Shown one piece after another: positions 1-12,836 of a stretch of 64,000 nucleotides of DNA (position 1 is the stretch's first letter; each line of letters begins with the position of its first letter). Made by a program: the position numbers and the translations under genes. The stretch is taken from contig NW_027138483.1 of NCBI RefSeq assembly GCF_035084215.1, positions 310,001-374,000 on the forward strand, given 5' to 3'. Origin of the DNA: Heptranchias perlo (Eukaryota). Below the pieces are notes generated by a model, which did not search any database, was not told the DNA's origin, and was given only the letters and a program-made list of their open reading frames with translations.

Positions 1-3000
1 TGGTGCTGGGGTCAAGGATGTCACGGAGCGGCTGCAGGGCATTCTGGAGGGGGAGGGTGAACAGCCAGTCGTCGTGGTCCATATTGGTACCTACGACATA
101 TTTAAAAAAGGGATGGGGTCCTGCAAGGTGAATTTAAGGAGTTAGGAGATAAATTAAAATGCAGGACTTCAAAGGTAGTGATCTCAGGATTACTACCGGT
201 GCCACATTATAGTGAGTATAGGAACATGAGAATAGACAGGATGAATGTGTGGCTGCAGGGATGGTGTAGGAGGGAGGGATTTAGATTCCTGGGACATTGG
301 GACCGCTTCTGGGGAAGGTGGGACCTGTACAAGCATGACGGGTTGAACCCGAGCAGGACCGGGACCAATGTCCTCGCGGGGGTGATGGCTAGTGCTGTTG
401 GAAAGGTTAAAACTAGAGTGGCAGGGGGATGGGAACCTGAGCGGGGAGTCACAAGGGAATGAAGTTGAGAGCAACAAGAGAGGGGAAATCTACAATACAA
501 ATAGTACAAACAGTTGTTCAGGAACAAGTGAAAGGGAAAAGCGTAGAGCAGCAGAAAAAAAGTGTACTCTTGGCACGACAGATAAAATAAAAACAAGGAG
601 GCGTAAGGCGATTAACCCAGCATCAAAGCTGTGGCAGGAGGTTGGGAACCTGAGCAGGGAGACAGAGGAAAGCGTGTCAGGAAGGGACAGAAGGTATGGA
701 GTAAAAGGTAAAGTGTTAAAAAAGGAAAAAGCAGGATCTAAGTCTCACAAAACATAATTGAAAGTTCTTTGTCTGAATGCAAGTCGAATTCGTAACAAAA
801 TGGACGAGTTAGCGGCACAAATATGGGTATGATCACGTGGCCAAAACAGAAACATGGCTGCAGGGTGACAACGACTGGGAATTAAATATGCCAGGGTATT
901 TAACAATCAGGAAGGACAGGCAGGAAGGAAGGGGAGGTGGGGTGGCTATGTTAATAAAGGAAGGAATCACTGTAATACAGAGAAATGATATTGGGACAAA
1001 GGATCAAGATAATGAAAAAATTTGGGTAGAGATAAGGAATAATAAGGGGAAAAAACACTAATGGGCGTAGTATATAGGCCTCCTAATAGTTGCAACTCTG
1101 CTGGAAGAAGTATTAATCAGGAAATAGTCGGGGCATGTAATAAGGGAACAGCTATAATTATGGGGGATTTTAACTATGATATTAACTGGACAAATCAAAT
1201 TGGGCACGGCAGCCTTGAGGAAGAGTTTATTGAATGTATTCGGGATGGATTTCTTGAGCAGTATGTAACTGATCCTACTAGGGGTAAAGCAACCGTCGAC
1301 CTGGTCTTGTGTAATGAGCCAGGATTAATAAATAATGTCACAATTATGGATCCCCTTGAAATGAGTGACCATAACATGGTTACATTCCATATACAATTAG
1401 AGGGTGAGAAGGTTGGTTCCCAAACAAGCGTACTGAGCTTGAATAAAGGAGACTATGATGGTATGAGAGCGGAATTGATTAAAGTGGACTGGGAAAATAG
1501 ATTAAAGGGTAAGACGGTACATGAACAGTAGTGTACATTTAAGGAGTTATTTTACAACTTTCAAAAAATATATATTCCACTGAGGAAAAAAGGGTGTAAA
1601 AGAAATGACAGACATCCGTGGCTAAGTTAAGAAATTAAGGATAGTATCCGACTAAAAACAAGGACATAAAAGGTAGCCAAACCTAGTGGGAGGAGAGAAG
1701 ATTGGGAAGTCTTCAAAAGACAGCAAAAAGTAACTATAGGATTGATTAAGAAAGGAAATATAGATTTTGAAAATAAATTAGCAAAAAATATAAAAACAGA
1801 TAGCAAGAGTTTCTACAGTTATATAAAAAGAAAAAGGGTGGATAAGGTAAACGTAGGTCCCTTCGAGGATGAGACCGGGAAATTAATGGTGGGAAACATG
1901 GAGATGGCAAAAATGCTGAACAAATATTTTGTTTCAGTCTTTATGGTAGAGGACACTAAGAATATCAAAACACTGGACAAACAGGGGACTCTGGGGAGGA
2001 GGAGCTAAATACGATTAAAATCACTAAGGAATTGGTACTCAGTAAATTAATGGGACTCAAGGCGTATAAATCCCCTGAGCCTGATGGCTTACATCCTGGG
2101 GTCTTGAGGGAAGTGGCAGTAGGGATTGTGGATGCTTTGGTAATAATTTTCCAAAATTCTCTGGACTCGGCAAAGGTCCCGGCAGATTGGAAAACTGCGA
2201 ATGTAACACCCTTATTTCAAAAGAGTATTAGGCAGAAGGCTGAAAATTATAGACCAGTTAGCCTAACATCTTTGGTGGGTAAAATTTTGGAGACAGTAGC
2301 AGAACATTTGGATCAACACAATTTAATAGGACAAAGTCAGCATGGCTTTACGAAGGGGAAGTCATGTCTGACAAATTTGCTTGAGTTCTTTGAAAACATA
2401 ACGTACAGGGTGGATGAAGGGGAACCAGTGGACGCAGTGTATTTAGACTTCCAGAAGACATTCGACAAGGTACCACATAAAAGATTATTGCTCAAGATTA
2501 ATAATCACTGGATTGGCGGTAATATTCTGGCATGGGTGGAGGATTGGTTTTCTAACAGGAAGCAGAGAGTAGGGATAAATGGTTCATTCTCGGACTGGCA
2601 ACCAGTAGCCAGTGGTGTTCCGCAGGGGTCGGTGCTGGGCCCCCAACTCTTTACAATTTATTTTAACGATTTGGAGGAGGGGACAGAGTATAATATATCA
2701 AAGTTTACAGATGATACAAAGATGGCAGGGAAAGTGGAGAGTGAGGAGGACATAAAAAACCTACTATGGGATCTCGACAGGCTTGGTGAGTGGGCGGAGA
2801 TTTGGCAGATGCAATACAATATTGGAAAATGTGAGGCAGGAAAAATCAGAGAGAAAGTTATTATCTTAAAGGCAAGAAACTGGAAAGTACTGCAGTTCAA
2901 AGGAATCTGGGATTCATTCCTACTGCAAGAAAATCAAAAAGATAGTATGCAGGTGCAGCAGGTGATCAAGAAGGCCAACGGAATGTTGGCTTTTATTGCT

Positions 3001-3641
3001 CGGGAGATAGAATATAAAAACAGGGAGGTATTGCTGCAGTTATTTAAGGTATTGGTGAGACCGCACCTGGAATACTGCATACAGTTTTGGTCTCCATACT
3101 TAAGAAAATACATACTTGCTCTCGAGGCAGTATAAAGAAGGTTCACTCGGTTAATCCCGGGGATGAGGGGGCGGACATATGAGTAGAGGTTGAGTAGATT
3201 GGGACTCTACTCATTGGAGTTCAGAAGAATGAGAGGCGATCTTATTGAAACATATAAGATTGTGAAGGGGCTTGATCGGGTGGATGCGGTAAGGATGTTC
3301 CCAAGGATGGGTGAAACTAGAACTAGGGGGCATAATCTTTGAATAAGGGGCTGCTCTTTCAAAACTGAGATGAGGAGAAACTTCTTCACTCAGAGGGTAG
3401 TAGGTCTGTGGAATTTGCTGCTCCAGCAAGCTGTGGAAGCGACATCATTAAATAAATTTAAAACATAAATAGACATTTTCCTAGAAGTAAAGGGAATTAG
3501 GGGTTACGGGGAGCGGGCGGGCAATTGGACATAAATTTAGATTTGAGATTAGCATCAGATCAGCCATGAACTTATTGAATGGCGGAGCAGGCTCGAAGGG
3601 CCTACTCCTGCTTCTATTTCTTCTGTCCTTATGTTCTTATG
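1..3641 (+). mobile_element. CR1-clade LINE, largely complete but disabled (end of ORF1 esterase, APE endonuclease, RT, 3' UTR and tail)
   Basis: ORF1 FRFLGHWDRFWGRWDLYKHDGL; endonuclease TETWL, VYRPP, MGDFN, SDHN; RT NYRPVSLTS, QHGF, GVPQGSVLGP, FTDD, RPHLEYC. Several stops and frameshifts. (TTCTTATG)n-like tail at ~3618-3641. Confidence 0.95.
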
Positions 3642-3944
3642 AACATCATTTTTGTCTCTATTAACTCCACTTTCTCTTCCCTGTCGTCCACTGAGGGAGA
3701 GGGGAGTTGGGTGGGGGAGGCAGCTGACAGAGTTTTTTTGAAAATTGTTCAATTTTCTTGTTTGCACTTTTCCAACGTTAAAATCTTGAAATAATTGTGT
3801 AATTTCGTTTTTTATTAACACTTCTGAATTGATGTTAGGATGTCGTGTTTGCACTTTTTCCAATGTTTATATGTGTGAATAATTATTGAGGTTTCGTCTT
3901 TTCACTTTCATAATGATTTTTAAATAAATTATGAAGTTTCACCT

Positions 3945-5985
3945 TTGCGACAGTTTTCTGGAACAATATGTTCTTGAACCAACAACGAAACGGGCCAGAT
4001 TCAGATCAGAGATTAGAAATAAGCTTGAATGAGTCAATAATCTTACGGTAAGGGAACACCTCGCTAACACTGACCTTTATATGATAGAATTCGATATTAG
4101 GCATGAAAATAAGAAAGGTGAGTCACGAACTAAGGTGATCCATTTAGTTAAGGCTGAATTTGGAGAGATGAAGTCGGAATTGAACACAATAGACTGGGCA
4201 AAACTATTAACGGAGAGAACTATGGATGAAAAGTGGAAGGCATTCACAGAAGCATTTGCTCGAATACAAAACCTGTACACCCCCGTCAGGGGCAACAGCT
4301 CTACGTGTGTAATTAAACAATCTTGGTCAGCAAGGGAAGTGAGATATGGAATGAAACTAAAAGTAAGGGCTTACATGAACGCAAAGCACAGTAAACATCC
4401 CGTGGACTGAGAGACATATAAAGAACAGCAAAGGGATACAAGGAAAGAGGTAAGGTTTGCAAAAAGGGAATGCAAGATAAAGCTTGCGAGGGATATCAAG
4501 GAAAACAATAACTGTTTTTACAAATCTATTAAGAGAAAGAGGGTGGCGAGTAGTAACATGGCCCATAATGACAGACGCAGGTGATAATGTAATTGGGAAT
4601 ATCGGATCAACGATACAAGGAAAATGGAAAATAAATCAACGGGAGGAAATTACTAGATCTAATATAAGTTCAAAAATGGTGATGGAGAAACTAATGTGAT
4701 TAAAGATAGACAAATCTCCAGGACCCTACGTATTAAAAGAAGTAGGCGAGGAAATTATTGATGTTCTCGATTCAAGAATTGTCCCCATGGATTGGAAAAC
4801 TGCCAATGCCACTCCATTATTTAAGTCGGGTAGGAGAGATAAATGACGAAATTACAGGCCTATTAATCAAACGTCAGTTGTGGAGCAGTTACTGGAATCT
4901 GGCATTCGGGAAGGAGTGACTGAGGATTTCGACAAATATGAGCGGATCAGAGAGAGACAACGTGGACTTGTAAAAGGTAAGTCATGTCTAACAAACCTAG
5001 CTGAATTTTTGAGGAGGTAACAAATGTGGTACAAAAGGGAGTGAATATGAATGTTATTTATATGGACTTACAGAAGGCATTTGGCAAGGCACAACATAAC
5101 AGACTGTTAACAATAATGAGAGTGCGTGAAATTGTAGTCAATTTATTCGCTGGATAGGGAATTGGATAGATGGTAGGAGGCAGAGATTAGGGACAATGGG
5201 TATGTGCTCAAATTGGCAAGAGATGGCTATTGTTGTCGCCCAGGGATCTGTAATGGAACCTTAGCGTTCCATTATATTTATAAATTACTTCGATGAAGGA
5301 ATAGCAAACCGTATATCTAAGTTTGTTGACGACACTACGTTAGGTGCCACATTAAACAGTGTGGATGGGAGCAGTACGTTGCAAAGGGACATTGATACAT
5401 TAAATGAGTGGGCAAAATGATGGCAGATGGAATTCAGGGTAGGAAAGTGTGAGGTCATCCACTTTGGACCTAAGAAAGAAAGAGCAGAGTATTTTTAACA
5501 TGGCAAGAAGCTAGGAACTGTGGATGAGCATAGAGATTTAGAGGCACACGTACAGAAATCACTTAAAACTAATGGACAAGTACAGATAAAAATAATTAAA
5601 ACGGAGAATGGAATGGTGGCCTTTATCTCAACAGGGCTGCAATACCAAGTGATGCAAGTTATGCTATTGCTCTCGTATAGAGCTCTGGTTAGACCCCATC
5701 TGGAGTATTGCATTCAGTTCAAGGCACTGCACCTCAGGAAGGCTATATTTCTCTTGGAGGCGGCGCAGTGCAGATTCAACAGAATGATAGCGGGACTTAA
5801 AGGGTTAAATTATGAGTACAGGTTATATAGACTAGGCTTGAATTGCCTTGAATATAGAAGATTAAAGTGTGATCTACTTGAGGTGTTTAAGATGATTAAA
5901 GGATTTGAGAGGGTAGGTGGAGAGAAACTATTTCCTCTGGTGGGGGAGTCCAGAAGAAGGCAGCATAACCTTAACATTAGGTTCC
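3945..5985 (+). mobile_element. Degenerate CR1 LINE ORF2 fragment
   Basis: Remnants of LEQYV, KSCLTNL, SKFVDDT, WQMEF and LVRPHLEYCIQF with many frameshifts. Confidence 0.88.
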
Positions 5986-6319
5986 CTTTTCAGGCGGGCT
6001 CCGGGTTCACTTCCAGGCATGTGTTCATTCTCGCTCGATTTTCCAATATGCGCTCTACCCATGTGAAATTTTGTGTCCGAGCGTGGAAGATCAGAGCCTG
6101 CAGCTCAATGAATTATAATTCAATAAATCAGAGGGCTCGGAATGAATGGATGGCTCCTCCAATGAGGCGGCACAGGGTTGATGGGCAAAATGGCTTCCTT
6201 CCGATTTGTAAAATTGAATACATTCGATCGGCCTGGCAGGGAATCAGTGATCAGAGGTAAAGAATGTGACACATGTTTGACCGCAATTTAATTTCATTTT
6301 TGGCCGGAGACTGTTCATA

Positions 6320-6590
6320 AAATCACAGAATCATAGAAACTTACAGCACAGTAGAAGACCCATCATGCCTGTGCCGGCTCGTTGAACGATCTGTCCAATT
6401 AGTCCCACTCCTCTGCTCTTCCTTCAGAGCCCTACATTTTTTTCAAGTATTTATCCAATTTCCTTTTGAGAGTTGTCATTGTATCTTCTTCCACCGCCCT
6501 TTCAGGCAGTGCATTCCAGAAAATAACAACTCCTTGCGTAAAATAAAGCTTTGTATCACCTATCTGGTTCTTTTGCAAATTACTTTAAAG
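6320..6590 (-). mobile_element. CR1 3'-end fragment
   Basis: Starts with tail-like atcacagaatcatagaa; resembles the CR1 3' ends at 17060-17375 and 22915-23150. Confidence 0.7.
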
Positions 6591-6609
6591 ATAAGACTTC
6601 CAGTCCACA

Positions 6610-8600
6610 GTAGCGTCAGCACTTGTGTCACAGTAGTAGGTATAACATCAGTGCGACAAAAGCAGAGTCAGCACTGGGGTACCAACAGTAGCTAGAACTA
6701 CATTGCTGCAAAAGTAGAGTCAGCACTGGTATCACAGCAGTAGGTATAACATCAGTGTGACACTAGTAGAGTGATCACTGGTGTCACAGCAGTAGGTTTA
6801 AATTAGTGCGACACGAGTAGAGTGATCACTAGTGTCACAGCAGTAGGTATAACATCAGTGTGACACGAGCAGATTGATCACTGCTGTCGCAGCAGTAGCT
6901 ATAACATTAGTGTGACACTAATGGAGTGATCAATCGTGTCACAGCAGCCGGTATAACATTCGTGCGACACTAGTGGAATGATCAATCGTGTCACATCAGC
7001 CAGTATAACATTAGTGCGACACTAGTAGAGTGATCAATCGTGTCACAGCAGCAGGTATAATATTAGTGCCACACTAGTCGAGTAATCACTCGTGTACAGC
7101 AGCAGGTATAACGTTAGTGCGACACTAGTAGGTTCATCATTACTGTCGCAGCAGTTGGTATAACATTAGTACGACAATAGTAGAGTGATGACTAGTGTCA
7201 CAGCAGTAGGTATAACATTAGTGCAACACGAGTAGAGTGATCACTGGTATCACAGCAGTAGGTAAAACATCAGTGTGACACTAGCAGATTGATCACTGCT
7301 GTCGCAGCAGTAGATTTAACATTAGTGCGACACGAGTGGAGTGATCAATCGTGTCACATCAGCCGGTATAACATTAGTGCGACACTAATAGATTGATCAA
7401 TCGTGTCACAGCAGCAGGTATAATATTAGTGCGACACTAGTCGAGTAATCACTCGTGTCACAGCAGCAGGTATAACATTAGTGCGACACGAGTACAGTGA
7501 TCACTGGTGTCACAGCAGTAGTTATATCATTAATGCGACACTAGTAGAGTGATCATTGGTGTCACAGCAGTAGGTTTAACATTAGTGCGACACTAGTAGA
7601 GTGATCACTAGTGTCACAGCAGTAGGTATAACATCAGTGTGACACTAGCATATTGATCACTGCTGTCGCAGCAGTAGGTATAACATTAGTGCGACACTAG
7701 TGGAGTGATCAATCGTGTCACATCAGCCGGTATAACATTAGTGCGACACTAGTAGAGTGATCAATCGTGTCACAGCAGCCGGTATAACATTAGTGCGACA
7801 CTGGTAGAGTGATCAATCGTGTCACAGCAGCAGGTATAATATTAGTGCGACACTAGTCGAGTAATCACTAGTGTCACAGCAGTAGGTATAACATTAGTGC
7901 GACACCAGTAGAGTTATCATTGGTGTCACAGCAGTAGGTATAACATTAATGCGACACTAGTAGAGTGATCATTGGTGTCACAGCAATAGGTATAACATTA
8001 GAACGACACTAGTAGAGTTATCACTGGTGTCACAGCAGTAGGTACAACATTAATGCGACACTGGTAGATTGATCATTGGTGTCACAGCAATAGGTATAAC
8101 ATTAGTACGACACTAGTAGAGTTATCACTGGTGTCACAGCAGTAGGTATAACATTAGTGCGACACTAGTAGAGTGATCACTAGTGTCACAGCAATAGGTA
8201 GAACATTAGTACGACACTAGTAGAGTTATCACTGGTGTAACAGCAGTCAGTATAACATTAATGCGACACTGGTAGAGTGATCATTGGTGTCACAGCAGTA
8301 GGTATAACATTAGTACGACACTAGTAGAGTGATCACTGGTGTCACAGCAGTAGGTATAACATTAGTACGACACTAGTGGAGTGATCATTGGTGTAACAGC
8401 AGTAGGTATAACATTAATGCGACACTGGTAGAGTGAGCACTGGTGTCACAGCAGTAGGTATACAACCAGTGCATCAAAAGTAGGGTCAGCCCTGGGGCGC
8501 CAGCAGTAGATATATCACGAGTGCTGCACATGTAGTATCAGCACTGGTTTCAAAGCAGTAGCTATTCCTCCAGTCCTGCAAAAGTAGAGTAAGCACGAGC
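6610..8600. repeat. 52-bp minisatellite (diverged 26+26 dimer), roughly 38 units
   Basis: Consensus gtgcgacactagtagagtgatcactggtgtcacagcagtaggtataacatta; taacatt recurs at 7681 and 7733. Confidence 0.95.
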
Positions 8601-8699
8601 GCCCAGTACTCGGTATATCAGCAGTTCTCCAACTGTAGCCTCATCGCCTGTACCAGAGGGGTTGAGACATCGGCAGTGCAGTAAGTGTAGCGCATCCAA

Positions 8700-10410
8700 G
8701 AGCATTGTAGCAATAGGATCAGCACTTTCGCAGTTAGAGCTTTGTGACCTCTGGTGCAAGTGTAGGGTAGCACAACACGGTCATCTCCAGCGTAAGTGTA
8801 CGGTACAGCTAGTACCAGAGGAGAACAGTCAGCCCTGGTGTGAATATAGAAGTAACACGAGTGCCGGAGGAGCAGGGTCACATCTAGCGTAAGTGTAGGA
8901 TACCACTAGTCCCGGAGCAGCACAGTCACCTCTAATGTAAGTGTAGGATAGCACTAGCACCGGTGGAGCATTTATCACCTCTACTATAATGTAGGGTATC
9001 ACTATTGCCGGTGAAGAACGTTCACCTTCTGTGTAACTTTACTGCATCACTAGTTCTGGAGGAGCACGGACAACTCTCCTGTAAGTCTAGGGTATCACTA
9101 GAGCCGGAGAAAGATCAGCTCTAGTATTACTGTAGGGTACTACTCACAACAGGCGAGAACAGACACCTCCAATGCAAGAGCATTGCACCACGAGTACCGG
9201 AGGAGCGCAGTCACCTCTCGTGTAAGTGCAGGCTACCACTAGTACAGGAGGAGCACAGTCACATCTAGTGTAAGTGCAGGATACCACTAGTATAGGAGGA
9301 GCGCAGCCACACCTAGTGTAAGTGCAGGATACCACTAGTCCAGGAGGAGCGGAGCCACATCTAGTGTAAGTGCAGGCTATCACTAGTACAGGAGGAGCGC
9401 AGCCACATCTAGTGTAAGTGCAAGCTCCCACTAGTATAGGAGGAGCGCAGCCACATCTAGTGTAAGTGCAGGCTATCACTAGTACAGGAGGAGCGCAGCC
9501 ATATCTAGTGTAGGTGCAGGCTATCACTAGTACAGGAGGAGCGCAGCCACATCTAGTGTAAGTGCAGGCTCCCACTAGTACCGGAGGAGCGCAGCCACAT
9601 CTAGTCTAGGTGCAGGCTATCACTAGTACAGGAGGAGCGCAGCCACATCTGGTGTAAGTGCAGGATACCACTAGTACAGGAGGAGCGCAGCCACATCTAG
9701 TGTAAGTGCAGGCTCCCACTAGTACCGGAGGAGCGCAGCCACATCTAGTGTAAGTGCAGGCTATCACTAGTACAGGAGGAGCGCAGCCACATCTAGTGTA
9801 AGTGCAGGCTCCCACTAGTACCGGAGGAGCGCAGCCACATCTAGTGTAAGTGCAGGCTATCACTAGTACAGGAGGAGCGCAGTCACATCTAGTGTAAGTG
9901 CAGGCTCCCACTAGTACCGGAGGAGCGCAGCCACATCTAGTGTAAGTGCAGGCTATCACTAGTACAGGAGGAGCGCAGCCACATCTAGTTTAAGTGCAGG
10001 CTCCCACTCGTACCGGAGGAGCACACTCACATCTAGTGTAAATGTGGGGTACCACCAGTATCGGAGGAGCATGGTCACCTTTAATCTAAATGCATGCTAC
10101 ACTAGTACAGGAGGATCACACTCACATTTACTGTAAATGTGGCGTGCGACCAGTACCGGAGGAGCACGGTCACCTATAATATAAATGCAGGCTGCACTAA
10201 TACAGGAGGCGCACACTCACATCTAGTGTAAGTTTGGGGTACCGCCAGTACCGGAGGAGCACGGTACCTCTATTGGACGTGCAGAGTTACCACTAGAACA
10301 GAGGAACAAGGTCATCCCTAGTGTAATTGTAGCTTTCCACTAATACCGGAGGAAAATGCTCACCTCTAGTTTAAGTCCAGGGGCAGCACTGGTACCGATG
10401 CAGCATGGTC
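8700..10410. repeat. 48-bp minisatellite with a homogeneous core at ~9200-10010 (VNTR)
   Basis: Unit ctagtgtaagtgcaggctatcactagtacaggaggagcgcagccacat at 9361 and 9409; gives 16-aa periodic spurious ORFs. Confidence 0.95.
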
Positions 10411-10411
10411 A

Positions 10412-12836
10412 ACTCGGGAACTATCTGGAACAGTGCGTTTTCAGCCCAACCAGAAAGGAGACGATGCTGGATCTAGTTCTGTGGAATGAAGCGGGGCCGG
10501 TGGAGTGTGTTTCAGTGGGGGAGTATTTAGGCATTAGTGATCATAATATAATTAGGTTGAGAATAGTTATGGTAAAGGACAAGAAACAATCAGGCGTAAA
10601 TATACTTAACTGCAGGAGGTTAATTTCAGTGAGTTAAAAAGGATTCATCCCCAGGTGGATTGGAATCAAAAATTGGCAGAACAGTAAATCAGCAATCATG
10701 TAAGAGTTAGTTCGGGTACAGAGTAGACACATTTTCACGGTGGTGGTGGTGGTGGCGAGGGGGATGGGTGGTGGTGGATGGGGTGGGTCGAAAGAAGGAC
10801 ATCGAAAACTACAGCTCCCTGGATTCCTAAAGATATGCAGATGAAAAGAAACAGAAAAATGAGGCGTATGGCGAATGTAAGGATAATATTGCAGTTGAGA
10901 ACCTGGCTGAATACAGAAAGCACAAAGAAGATCAAAACAAGGGAATAAGAGGGCCAAGGAGAGAGCATGAGAATACATTAGCGGCTAACATAAAAGGGCA
11001 ACCAAAAGTGCTTTATAATCATATAAATGGTGAAGGCTAGTCAAAGGAAGGGTGTGGCCGATTAGGGACAAAAAGGCGATATTCTTGTAGTGGCTGAGGG
11101 CATGGTTGAGGAACGAAATGGACAATTCGCATCCGTCTTCAATGGAGAAGAGGATGCTGCCATTGTAGCAGTAAATGTTGGGGGGGCGCGGGGGGAGGGG
11201 GTTAGTAGCGATATTGGATGCGATAAAAATAGACAAAGGGGAGATCCTTAAATGATTGGCACTCAAAGTAGAAAAGTCACCCGGTCCAGATGGGATGCAT
11301 CCTGGGTTTTGAAGGGAAGTGAGGGTGGAAATTGCGACGTGTCTGGGCAAAATCATCCAATCCTCCTTAAATATGGGGATGCTGCCGGAGGACCGGACGA
11401 TTGTGAATGTTACACCCCCGTTTACAAAGGGGAGAGGGCTAATCCCGTCATTTACAGGCAAGTCAGCCTAACGTTGGTGGTGGGGAATGTTTTAGCGTCA
11501 ATAACCCGGGACAAAATGAATTAGAGCTTGGAAAATGTTGGGCTAATAAATGAAAGTCATCACGGATTTACAATAGCTAAATCGCGTTTGATTAAATTGA
11601 ATGAGTTCTTTCATGAAATAACGGAGATAGTTGATGAGGGTTGTGCGTTTGATGTTGTGTGCTGGACTTTTAAAAAGCACCTGGAAAATATAACATTATC
11701 GAATTGTTAGCAAAATTGAAGCCCGTGGGATTACAGGAACAGTGGCAGCACGGATGCAACATTGGCAAGGGGACAGAAAGCAGAGAATAGTGGTGAATGG
11801 TTACTTTCAGACTGGAGGGACGTGAACAGTGGTGTTCCCCAGGGGTCGGTATTAGGATCACTGCTCATTTTGATATATATTAATGGCCTAGTCTTGAGTA
11901 TAGAGTACATAATTTCTAAGTTTGCAGATGACACAAAACTCGGAAATGTAGGAAACAATGTGGAGGATAGGAACAGACTTCAGAAGGAAATAGACAGACT
12001 GGTGAACTGCACAGAAACATGGCAAATGGTATTTGAAGCAGAGAAGTGTGGAGTGATACATTTTGGTAGGAAGAAGGAGGAGAGGGAATATATACTAAAT
12101 GGCACTATTTGATTGAGGGTGCAGGAACAGAGAGACCTGGGGTTGCACATATATCAAGCTTCATGATGGCAGGACAAGTTGAGAAGGCAGTTTAAAAAGT
12201 AAATGGGACGCTCGGCTTTATTAATAGAGACATAGCGTAAAAAAGCAAGGAAGTTATGGTAAACATTAATAAAACGTTCGTTAAGCCTCAGCTGGAGTAT
12301 TGTGTCCAATTCTGGGCACCACAATTTAGGAAGGATATCTCGGCCTTCGAGAGGGTACAGAAGAGATTTACTAGAATTGTACCAGGGATGAGGGACTTCA
12401 GTTATGTGGAGAGATTGGAGAAGCTGGGGTTATTCTCCGTGGAGCAGAGAAAATGAAGGGGAGATTTGATAGCGGTGTTCAAAATCATGAACGGTTTTGA
12501 TAGATTAAAGAAGGAGCAAATCTTTCCAGTGGTAGAAGGGTCGGTAGCCAGAAGGTGATCGGCAAAAGAGGCAGAAGCAGCATGAGGAATCATTTTCTTA
12601 CCCAGTGAGTTGTTATGATCTGGGATTCACTGCCTGAAAGGGTGGTGGAAGCAAGTTCAATAGTAACATTCAAAAGGGAATTGGAAAAATACTTGAAGTG
12701 GAAAATTACATTGCTCTGGTGAAAGAGCAGTGAAATGGGACCAATTGGGTAGCCCTTTCGGAGAGATGGCATACGTACGATGGACAGAATGAAATCATCC
12801 TTTACAGTACCTACCATGATAATATCATACTGTGAT
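10412..12836 (+). mobile_element. 5'-truncated degenerate CR1 LINE inserted in the 48-bp satellite
   Basis: LDLVL, SDHN, YRQVSLT, GVPQGSVLG, SKFADDTK, PQLEYCVQFWAP and a 3' UTR; satellite units on both sides. Confidence 0.9.

Noticed and set aside
2032-3135. Active reverse transcriptase gene
   Set aside because: Fragment of a CR1 ORF2 with upstream stops, frameshifts and small deletions.
6610-8600. CRISPR-like array of palindromic repeats
   Set aside because: Units are contiguous with no unique spacers, there are no cas genes, and the context is vertebrate. It is a minisatellite.
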